From Lingula anatina (taxonomy: Eukaryota; Animalia; Brachiopoda): 64,000 bases of DNA. A model generated the notes under the pieces. That model was not told the DNA's origin and did not search any database. It saw only the letters and a list, made by a program, of their open reading frames with translations. A program made the translations under genes and the position numbers. Below, in pieces: positions 54,933 to 64,000 of the stretch; position 1 is the stretch's first letter; the number at the start of each line of letters is the position of its first letter. Where the stretch lies: assembly GCA_051362555.1 (NCBI GenBank), contig CM120641.1:13578001-13642000 (forward strand), given 5' to 3'.

Positions 54933-57184
54933 GCACCCACCGTACACTGAAACAGTAGGCCTTATACTTCAAATTTAATTTCCAGATATTTAACGGCCTT
55001 AACGACCCTCAGTTTTTGTACATCGACTTGGGACTTCTTGTGATCATTACCCTTTTCTGTGAGTATTTTTTGTGTTAGAATAATATCTATGATGTTCTAC
55101 TATGTGCTGTGTTAGATGCATCCATAAAGTTCAAAGAGAGTCAACAAGAAATACAATATAATTTTACAGATCTCTCATTATCTCTCTAGATCTCTTTCTC
55201 TTTCATACACGCGTTGATACAACACACACGCGTTGATAATACAACAGTATCATAATACATGTGCCTGACATATATCTTTTCAGATGGTAACGTAGGCGCC
55301 TATCCGGTGCTTGTAAAGCGGCCGCCACCCTCAAAACTGATGGCCACCGTTCCCTTACTGTCCATCGGTTCCTTCTTAATTATTCAGTGTTGCTTTCTCA
55401 CTTTCTGTTGGCTGCTTATGCAGGCTGAGCCATGGTAGATAGATTATTAGAATAGACAACCTAGAGACATTCGTCGTATTTTGATATTAATTAGAAATGT
55501 CTTTGTACTTCTGAACATTTTAAGGAAATTTCCATATTGGAGAGTGCAATGTTTCTTTTGTACATAGTTTGATAACAGTCAAATTTTAAAGATATTTAGA
55601 GAAATAGATTAAAATATTTTAAATTTGCAAAAGACATTTTTCTCATTGTCTCACCAATATTGCTGTCTTTTATCCAAATATCCAAAGATTTTAAAAGACA
55701 GGAGTCGAACAAATGTGTAATACATAGATTCCTGTTCTAGGTATTTGAAATGGGAATGGGATGATCAGCGTTTTGTTTGGGATTTGAAAGGATACGAGAA
55801 TACCATGATGTTTTGTATGGGCTGCCTCTGCATCATCAACTCCGCCATTACGTTCTCACAAGGCGCGCCCTACCGCAAACATATGTTCACCAACTGTAAG
55901 CTACGTGTAACTTAACTGTCAAGCTTCGTTACATTTAGACTTAAAATAACCAAAACCATTCACTTAAAGCCTGTCAGATAATTCATCAAAGTTTATTGGT
56001 CCATGACAACTTTTATCAATAGTCATCGTTGAAAAATATTTTTTAATATTCTTAAAAGAAGAAATGTCCGTAGCCATTTTGAGTAGGGCAATGTTGGGAT
56101 TTCATGAAATCCACGTACGTTGTACATGTAAAACCAACAAAGAATAAAAAATCCATATGCAGTATTTCAAATGAAAAAATCCGTTTCCACGGCACCGAAA
56201 AATGTCCATCGTTCTGTGTCAAAGGAAGTTTTAAATGCCTTGTTGGTCTATCTCAAATTTGAATCCCAAACTTATGAAGAAAAAGACATGTAGGATATTT
56301 TAGGGCCCCTGAGCTGCGATTCAAATGGATAAGCATTTTATTTGCGTTCTGTTTTAGTTCTGTTCGTTCTGTGTTTGTTGGCTGGCTTTATTTTGACTTC
56401 TATCATTTGGTTATGGCACGGCGGGAAATATAACCTTTTCACCGGTCTTTTTGATGTGAGTATAAAATCGGTTGCTTTTTCTGTCCTGACTATATATTAA
56501 AAGATTTTGTTACTATTTTTGAGAGTGTTGTGTGGTCTTTTGTTTTTATAAAACCAGCTACTTTTTTTTCATTATTTTCTTTTTTAAATTTTGGTTATCA
56601 TTTCTATATGACTTTTACCTTATCTTTTTTGCGTGAATTTTTTTTCTTTCTAATTTTTTTCTTATTTCGTGACAATGATTCCATTTGGTTTTTAAAAAAA
56701 ATGACCATGCTTCGGTTGTTAAAATAGAGAATATAATTTATTGTATATTCTCATTTCAGCACATTGATTTCCCGTCTTATGGATTTTGTCTGCTACTCTA
56801 CGCTAGTTTCTTTATCAATGTTTTTGTCAGCCTATCTTGTGAGGTAAGAACGAGACAGACGCTGTCGTGATCCCTATTAGAAAAATATAACGCCAATGGC
56901 ACAAGGAGGTGGCATTTATTTCACTATATCAATACAAAAAATATTCTAAAATAACGTCAAGTTCGTTTTATCTTATTCTGGATTAAATATACTTAGATGA
57001 CAAAAACACTGAAAAAATAATAGTGGCCATCTCTACTTCAACAGTTTTAGCAATGTGCGGCTCTACATGCATATGAGTACGTAAAGCAAGTTTTCAATCT
57101 GCTCCAATAAATCAAATTTACATTAAATACACATAAAATCTTACGGAGCTTATAGTACGTCTACTACCCAGCTGAAGTCCATTA

Positions 57185-57254
<70 letters not shown>

Positions 57255-57472
57255 TTCAGACATTTTTGATACAAGATTTACTGTATCAAAAACTAAGACC
57301 AAAAATGTCTAGGCCAAAGCTGAAGCACCAACGCTTGGAACTGGAGCTACGACATAATGAAACCTGGCCGCCCTTGGACACCACATTAATTGAGGGAGAG
57401 CGCTTCTCTGAAAAGGGCAATGGCGCACTGATACAAGGAACAGGCGCACAAAGTTGTGATACACATTTGTAA
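36168..57472 (+). CDS. ATP13A3: P5B-type P-type ATPase (ATP13A2-5 / ATP13A3-like polyamine transporter family), ~1160-1180 aa
   Basis: In-frame exons: (36168-36181 + 39147, or ATG at 39199)-39282, 39558-39725, 40894-41051, 41339-41486, 41819-41953, 42267-42330, 43685-43816, 48054-48212, 48983-49093, 49220-49266, 49449-49634, 49883-49944, 50215-50359, 50790-50870, 51155-51305, 51720-51840, 52301-52425, 53129-53322, 53588-53686, 53904-53983, 54324-54476, 54713-54809, 54986-55058, 55284-55434, 55741-55895, 56358-56455, 56760-56843, 57260-57472. Motifs: [27 protein letters not shown] (P5B signature), [44 protein letters not shown]. The symbol is family-level; one-to-one orthology is not established. 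Confidence 0.93.
37970..38036. repeat. Compound (CT)n(AT)n microsatellite
   Basis: Read directly from the sequence. Confidence 0.95.
38171..38378 (+). repeat. Diverged dispersed repeat, copy 1 (copy 2 at ~39932-40136)
   Basis: Shares AGGACAAAC..AA.TATG.TGTTCGAAATTTGGCCG.TGACGGCC, AGGTCCCTCT and TCCAAACAAATA.TGCACATGTTT...GTTGCAAAGAGGC with copy 2. Confidence 0.8.
39932..40136 (+). repeat. Diverged dispersed repeat, copy 2
   Basis: Same blocks in the same order and orientation as 38171-38378. Confidence 0.8.
41976..42045. repeat. Compound (GT)n(GA)n microsatellite
   Basis: Read directly from the sequence; intronic. Confidence 0.95.
44476..44632 (+). promoter_or_regulatory. Candidate promoter / 5'UTR exon of nested repeat-protein gene B (CCAAT plus RFX X-box-like motifs)
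   Basis: ATTGG (~44478), GTTGCTAAG (44498) and GTCACCTAGCGGT (44509). Strong donor CAG|GTAAGT at 44632. Long polypyrimidine acceptor TTTTGCAG at 45675, 50 nt before the ATG. Confidence 0.5.
45725..47197 (+). CDS. Uncharacterised tandem-repeat protein B (490 aa, intronless CDS), nested in an intron of the P5B ATPase gene
   Basis: Long ORF with six ~39 aa repeats ([27 protein letters not shown]) and five 'RPxSR..E.FxKRNxTT' motifs. Clear paralogue of 29035-30291. Lies between ATPase exons 43685-43816 and 48054-48212. AATAAA at ~47622. Confidence 0.9.
   Translation: MSPVADEVWTAPPKSREAQIQETYYKRNATTSNVSPLLFCRVTPRRRPAIEYGQAADDSSSIAYQRKEETYARRNASSKGAIIPSKYDAQARTQYLEDDDETPSQVSSRRYAWAPRTKTHGDLKTESFNKRNISTNNISPDLATRDTARQQTSATKDDELVDEIWGTRPHSRDETRKESFDKRNKTTSALDTHSKGSSVLDGVNYSYPADYEIHPRIVKPEAQEIADLSKGGRMSMLLGKGSKHLSQPTDYPIQPRVVKPEAQEIADLSKGKRMEKLLGKGTKRSSRSQPTDYPLHARAVKPEAEEIANLGKGGRMQGYIGKNSQHLSLPQKHPIHPRVVKSEAADIANLSKGGRMNVVLGNDPQQKVPYPNDYPIHPRKVTEEATGIARISKGGRMERLIHEYGHLTPSARPVPRIKPEAEQIYEPHRGKRVARIIKQQRTSRSARSYSSLGYYGSHDDTGDVFGVQRPHTRDETRSESFHRRNATTWW
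52134..52361 (+). repeat. Exact tandem duplication (115-bp period) spanning an intron/exon boundary of the ATPase
   Basis: 52134-52246 is identical to 52249-52361. Each copy contains the acceptor TTTATTTCAG and the first 61 nt of the exon ([20 protein letters not shown]). Confidence 0.95.
54877..54931. repeat. (AAT)n microsatellite
   Basis: About 18 tandem AAT units in an ATPase intron. Confidence 0.95.
57189..57256. repeat. (TA)n plus poly-T tract forming the last acceptor of the ATPase
   Basis: Read directly from the sequence; poly-T abuts CAG at 57257-57259. Confidence 0.9.
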
Positions 57473-57773
57473 CAATGATTTCCTGATATATTGGATAATA
57501 TTTAAAAAATAAACTCGGCCTCCTACATTCCACAAAGTAAAGTGGGGTTGAATATAGCCAAAGATGATGTTGGGTTTGAGAAATTATCTACAGTATGTAC
57601 TACAGTTGTTTTGCACGTTCAGTATGTACCTAATTAGTATTAGGATGTGCTCGCTTAAGGACACGTGTCTTAATAGCGAGCGGCTATACCGCGTACTGCA
57701 ATGGTGTCCTGTAGGCGGCGCAGCTCACCTTCACAGAAGTAACCCTGAAGTCAGCTCTTGCAGGGATACAAGC

Positions 57774-57778
<5 letters not shown>

Positions 57779-57837
<59 letters not shown>
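57779..57837. repeat. (TA)n microsatellite
   Basis: Read directly from the sequence. Confidence 0.95.
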
Positions 57838-57840
<3 letters not shown>

Positions 57841-58214
57841 TGCATAAGATTATGCAGTTTGTAATCTGCTACATCAGTACAACCTCAAGAATAGTTTCAA
57901 ATTGTAAGTAGTAAGCGAATAGGCAGGGGTTTAAGATAAAGCTCAGCACAGTTGAAAGTGGAAAGGAGGTGAGGGGAGAGTCTTCACTTGCTCACATGTG
58001 CAATGCAAAGTACAAAAGATCAGGACATTGGGACATGAATCAAACGTATTTATTTATTAAATTGAATATTAAATAACTCATTTTAGTATTTTGAGGGAAT
58101 GTAAAAGAAAGAAAACTTGATAAAACTGATGGAAGTTAAAATTCATCCAGTAATACAGTGTTTTATTTGATATATGTGAAATGATAATAAAATAAGAAAG
58201 GAATTTCAAGTCCC

Positions 58215-58247
<33 letters not shown>

Positions 58248-58858
58248 GCGTATCAATAACGGAAAATAATTAGGAAGACAAATTGTTGTACAGTTGGTAC
58301 AAAAATAAATAGATAAATAAAATAAACGTTTTTTTTTTACATTTTAACAAAGGAAAATATAAAAACTAGTCGAGGCGCCTTACTCGTTTGAAAAATTGAC
58401 GGGCCGTAATATGATGTTTTGCACGTACGTACTTTCATGGCTGAAGAAGTCCATAGCTTATTATTTATTTATGTTGTTGAAAACATCGTTTTAAACTTTG
58501 TACCTGGTTATAAATTCCAAAACACTTAGACTGAGCCCCGTGCTAGAAAGACAGATACTCCGTTCGTCTTGAGATCACATGGTGCCATCTCGTGGTCCCA
58601 AATATATTTGTCCAAGGTTATATTAAAAGATATCTCCTGTTAAATCAAACCACGCATTGAAATGTCTGTTATCAATGTCCTTATAGATGTGACCGTGAAC
58701 TAGATACAGCACCATTAATAAACATGCAATCAGCCATTAACTTAATTCACGATCTGAAATGTGTATTATCAATGTCCAATTTACCTGACATTGTTATTGA
58801 CACAATACTTAACATCATTTAAACAGTCAATAAGGATAAAGTTCAATCTCTCTAACAA

Positions 58859-58866
58859 TATATAAA
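58859..58866 (+). promoter_or_regulatory. TATA box of the DUF4773-like gene
   Basis: TATATAAA about 95 bp upstream of the signal-peptide ATG at 58959. Confidence 0.55.
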
Positions 58867-58958
58867 TAGAAGCTGATGCGTAGTAAACCATTGTGTCAAA
58901 TCGCTGTGCCAGGAGGACCACGACCCAACAAAAAAGGGCCAATATTAATCTCAGTACC

Positions 58959-61214
58959 ATGCAATTAACGTCGTGTATTGTTATTTGTATATTAGGCCTA
59001 CTACTCATAGACGTATGTTGGTGTAGGGCAGCTGGCAGTAGCTCACCTAGAACCGATCATGGTAGGTAAATTGTTAACATGACAGCCTAATAGTATTTCT
59101 GCATCAGTCGGCTAAAGATTAGAGCATGGCATGTAAAATTCAATAATGCTTTCTCGACCCTTCCGCAGTTTTTTTTTATTATAAAACTTGGAGCATGGAT
59201 AAGAATAATAAAGTGGTCTTAATTTCTTCATGAAACGACTTTCTATTGACTTTTTATATCAAAAGAAGAGAAAACGACTTTCTTTTTCATTCTCAGGCGA
59301 AATGAAAATCATTTTGCCCCCTCCCCAATCTATAATGCTAAAAATGTCATTTGATTTTGTGCGTCAAAAAAGAACATTCATCGTTAAATGTATAAAAGTC
59401 GGTCTGAAACACTTTCAGAATTACGTTTTTTTGGTAAAATAATCAAAGGAATAAAGAGCTTTCTAGTACTAAAATAAAGCATATTTTGTAATTGATGACT
59501 ATCATTTAACTGGAATATGGCACCTTTAGAACATTCAAACTTAATATTAAAATTTTAATAAAGAAGAAAAAATTGAGATGAGGCAATGATGAGCCTACTT
59601 ATGGTGTGGTAATAATGTAGAACACGCATTTAGAGACGGTATTTTGATTGAACTAATCAGGCTAAGTTGACAGTAGAGATCACACAAAATCAGAATCCAT
59701 CTGTCGGATATTTTGCGCCTATAACTTTCGACTTTGCCTGTAAAACCATTTCTTCCAGCTGTAGACATTTCACTGGAAGAGCTGCAACGACAGTTTGCCC
59801 ACGACGCGGTACTTATCCGAGAAAATGGATGCCAGTGTTTGGCTTCAAGGTGTGGATGCTGTGCCGAGATTGTCTTCCCGCCACTTGCTATTGACAGTAC
59901 AGGTAACTATGGCTTACTGCTTTTCAAATGGTCAACTTAATGTTAAACGTTGAAGAACCCTCCTCGATTTGCCATTTGTTTGGTGGCCTTAGCCAGGTAG
60001 AGGAATGCATTTTTTTCAAAACTTTATCGAAGTAAAATTTCAACCGAAATGTCCTGAATTCCTTATCAAACAACTCAAAATCTTGATTTTGTATTTACAG
60101 TTTGGGCCTATCATCCAAGGATACAGTAGTCTATTATCTAAGCATGTAATCCTGCGTCATGGAAAACGGTGTTCCATGTTGCAAAACATTGATCCGTTTA
60201 TTTATGAGAAAATTTGATCGGGGCCAAAGGTTGGTTTCTAAGCTACAGTATGTTTTATTTTGTCAACTGCAAATTTAGGAAGGGGGGGGGGGGGGGCAGG
60301 GGATTCCTGCCCCCCGCCCCCTTCGGTTTCTGAAAATAAAAATCCAACTAATATTCTCCTCTCAAAATTAGAATTTTGACTAGCTGAATCATAGTTCTAA
60401 ACCGTACCAAATGGCACCGTTGGCCCTCCAAAACTCCATAATTTTGGGGGCCCTTGAGTGGGCCCCGAAAACTGCGTCGTCAGTAATACTACCTTCTGTT
60501 TACTTAAAAGTCCTTAAAATGATGCTTAGGTGGGGATGGTCGTTGATTTCTATCCTTTACCAGCTACACCACAATATTAAAGTTGAATGGAGTCAATAGC
60601 TAACCCGGCATGACGACATGCACTGTCTTTTGACCATAAAGTGCTATCTTCTCGGCAGAATTATCAGCAAGAAGTGTAACGTCGCCGCTATTGCTTTACT
60701 CAATTATACATTTTTGTTTTTTATGCTCCCTCCCTCCTTGAGCGGGCCTCGAACCCCACGTCAAGGGAACCGAGGCTCGGCTTCGTATCCGAGGCCCTGT
60801 ATCTGTGGGATAAAACTTGATCTGTGAATTTTCTTTTCTTTTCAGCATGTCTCAACTTCACATGGGATGAAGTGACAGACGTAAGTATTATGTACAATAA
60901 TTACGTTATTATATTTTTTTATTCGTGGACAACATATCACACATAGATAACATATGTGGGTAACATTGCAAGTAACAGGCTACCCATTTTGTGGATAACA
61001 TATCCGATTTTTATAGATAAAATAATATATCTCGAACTATATGAGATACATAATTATATGATATTGAAATGATAATGAATACATGCAAAAATTACTTTCA
61101 TTATTTTCTCAAGGAACTTAACGTGGTATTTGCCGTTGACAAGTCGGTCCTACTTAATGAAACTATATCTGGTAAGGACTTAACCCTGTGAGTACAGATA
61201 TGGTACAAAACGCG

Positions 61215-61245
<31 letters not shown>

Positions 61246-62941
61246 GGAGAGAGAGAGAGAGATACTGTTCTGTAAAATAAGAGAATCCAAATGTATACAT
61301 ACATCACCTGAAAGTTTAATTCATTAAATGTACTTATTCGTTAGAAAAACCAATTAGAACAATAGTTAAATTTAACTGGTTTTGCTTTCAGCCGTCAACC
61401 CACCGCCTCTGTGCGCGGGTCTACCTGGCGTGGCAACGTGGTGCACTATATTCTATAACATGAGTTACGAGCCAGGGCACTTAGGGGGATGCCTGAGATA
61501 CGAGTTACGATTCCTAACACAAACACTACTCAGAGTTCCAGCTGGTTGTTTTTACTTCCCGGGAAACCACCTGCACCCACAAATCATACAGCGCTACATG
61601 CGTCCTGTGCAACGAGTGGATCCTCTGCGTTCTCACACTAAGGAAGGCGGTCGAAATTATTTTCTTATGCACCAGGTCCGACAGCAACCGGGATCAGTAT
61701 TTAGGGGGGTCATGCGGGAGTTTGATAATAGCATTGAACGATCTGGTTACCATGTGCTAACGTCCGATAATGGTAACGAACGGTTTGGTTACCACACGCT
61801 GAGGACAGAGGATGTGATGACCAAATCCAGTAATGGCACTGGATGTAGCTGCTCAGGAAACAAGTGTGGTTGCTGTGTCCAAGCGGTGTTTAAGCCATTG
61901 CAGATCAACGATACTGGTGAGTGATTGTCGGGTATAAGAAAATTACAAGTTTAAAAAATAATCACCTGGAAGGATGTGCATAGTGAGAACACCATGTAAA
62001 GCCATTTAGCAATTTATATGTAAAACGTTTCTACCATATCTCTACCATTGTATTTGATAGTAAATTTGCATGTGACAAATATTTGTTGAATTAAAAATGT
62101 TATCTAAAACAATTCCATCTTTTCATGTTCAGTTTGCGCCAATTTCACCTTGGATACGAAAAATGATGTAAGTTTTTGTCTGGGGGAGATTAAAGAAAAA
62201 TTTTATATTTCTTAAAGTCGGGTACTATTGATTAAATCTGCACTTGGAATATTAGAATGTGTTGTTTCTTACTTTAAATGTAGACCCAGTACAATGAAAC
62301 TGATCTAAATTTATCTTTACCTGCAAATGTCCCTTCCAGACCTTAAACGTTGTTGTTACCATCAACGACAAAGTTCTCCTTAACCAGACAGTGGATGGTA
62401 AGAATATGCACCTTACATTTATGGTCTACTTATTATTATTTGTATCTTTTTGCAACACAAATATTTGAAGCATTGCTTTGCTTGCTCTTTTATGCTGACA
62501 GTGCACAACAGAAAATCAAATGAACAGTTCTATTAACATCAATGCATTTAAACTGCCTGAAAATGGTATTCTCTCAAACTTTGTAAATGTAAAACATCCA
62601 TAGTTTTGCTCAATAAGCCTTGTCTTAATGAATACTTCAGCCATCAAATGGAAATAACGATTGAATAAATAAACATATATTCAATTCCATTGTTTATCTT
62701 TTCAGCTCACAATCCCCCACCCCTTTGCCAAGGCATGCCTGGTATTGGTACATGGTGCACCATATTCTACAACATGACATACAACCCCTTTGGAGGCTGC
62801 ATGAAGTTTGAGGTTCGCATCTTAGGAAAGACGGTGTTAACAATACCAGCTGGCTGCTTTCACTTCCCTGGAAAATTACATAGGCCTCACAGAAAACTAG
62901 AGGTATTGGACCATCTTGCCTATTTTCTTAAGAAACAGTAA
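58959..62941 (+). CDS. Secreted cysteine-rich protein with two tandem DUF4773-like domains, 8 exons, ~397 aa
   Basis: Exons 58959-59061, 59759-59902, 60846-60880, 61114-61171, 61392-61916, 62133-62167, 62340-62397 and 62706-62941 join in frame (1194 nt, all GT-AG). Signal peptide MQLTSCIVICILGLLLIDVCWC. Each domain has CxCxxxxCGCC...CxNFT...LNxT...NPPPLC...WC.IFYNM...GGC...PAGCF, which matches my recollection of the DUF4773 cysteine pattern. Confidence 0.85.
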
Positions 62942-64000
62942 ATTTCCAGAGGGCCTTCACATCTTGAAAGCCACATGGAAAAGGGTGAAATTTTTGTACC
63001 CCACAAGTAGTTGTGATTTAGTGCAGTTGTGAATTTTGTTGGTGCCCTAGGCATGACTGGTTTCAAAGCAAAGGCCTGTTTCACTTAGTCTAAAGTTCTT
63101 GGGCTTAGTCGGCTAACACTGGATGGCAGAACAGATCAAAGGATATTTATGAAGCATAGAACAGAGTAAAAAAAATGACACATGGTAACTATACTTCAAT
63201 AGTGTAATCTTTTATTCAATTGTTTATATTTAGTTTCATGTACAAGTACAATAATTTACACTAGTCCCCTTACTGTGTCAGTACATCTGTACAAATAAAA
63301 ATGACTAGATCAATAAAATTCTTTTGAACACTGTTCACAGACAAGTTGCTTTCAAACCTTAGACTGCACCTACACAGATATTTCAAGTACACAATTCTAA
63401 AGAGGTTCAAGCATTTTCTCTTATTCAGTGAAAGGGGCACCAAATAATATCCCAGATTTATTTGTTGTCACCATGCACCATAATTGTTTTTTCCGATACC
63501 AATCTTCAGATGCATTTTTTTTCTGCTGAGATCCCTAATAAATAAAAAACTGGTTTAAGCAGATTGCAAACATTGTTCTGTACCATGTTAATGCATCGTT
63601 TTTCTCTCTACCTCAGTGAAAGCACAGCTCCAAATACATTTCCTATTCTCCCACTAAAGAAACACATATGCTATAATACTGATCCTTCACAACCCAGCTG
63701 TGGCTGCTATGACCATTAACAGATTTCAGATCCACTCTCCATTTTTTTGCCTACATATTTTTTCCAAAGTGCTTCAATCAATCCAATAGCAGAGACGTAA
63801 TGTAATTGCAACAGTTAACTCTATAAAATAGGTCTAGATAATGCTGACTACTTTCTCATCTTATACAAGCACAATACATACACGAGGAATAATGCTAGCT
63901 CTGAGTAACCAACACAGTTAACAACTCCAATATATATCATGTATACGCATCTTTTTGAAAAATGAGTTATAATGGTTATACCAATTTTTCAGTTAATACC

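Noticed and set aside
58781-59008. Minus-strand ORF with a hydrophobic stretch (MVLRLILALFCWVVVLLA)
   Set aside because: It overlaps the TATA box, 5'UTR and first exon of the well-supported plus-strand gene, and I found no downstream exons.
60740-60800. GC-rich inverted repeat GGGCCTCG...CGAGGCCC in a DUF4773-gene intron
   Set aside because: No tRNA/snoRNA/miRNA hallmarks; most likely a MITE remnant, and too short to classify.

Overview
AT-rich, intron-rich animal genomic DNA, most likely from a lophotrochozoan invertebrate (mollusc/annelid/brachiopod-type; inferred from the neuropeptide and repeat content). It is not prokaryotic. Manual splicing gives six protein-coding genes. (1) A minus-strand allatotropin/orexin-family neuropeptide precursor with an atypical mature peptide, AGFRSHDPGYGHNF-amide, and an EF-hand-like C-terminal domain. 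(2, 5) Two paralogous genes with intronless CDSs (418 and 490 aa) built from two repeat types I do not recognise, both with RFX/X-box-like upstream motifs; the second lies on the same strand inside an intron of the ATPase gene. (3) A small single-pass membrane protein with one LDLa module. (4) A 28-29-exon P5B-type ATPase (ATP13A3-like) with intact catalytic motifs but an apparently altered polyamine-binding site, a GC-AG intron and a duplicated splice acceptor. (6) A secreted protein with two DUF4773-like Cys-rich domains. There are also MITEs, a truncated LINE end and many microsatellites. About 14-28 kb has no convincing gene. All gene models were read by eye, with no database search.
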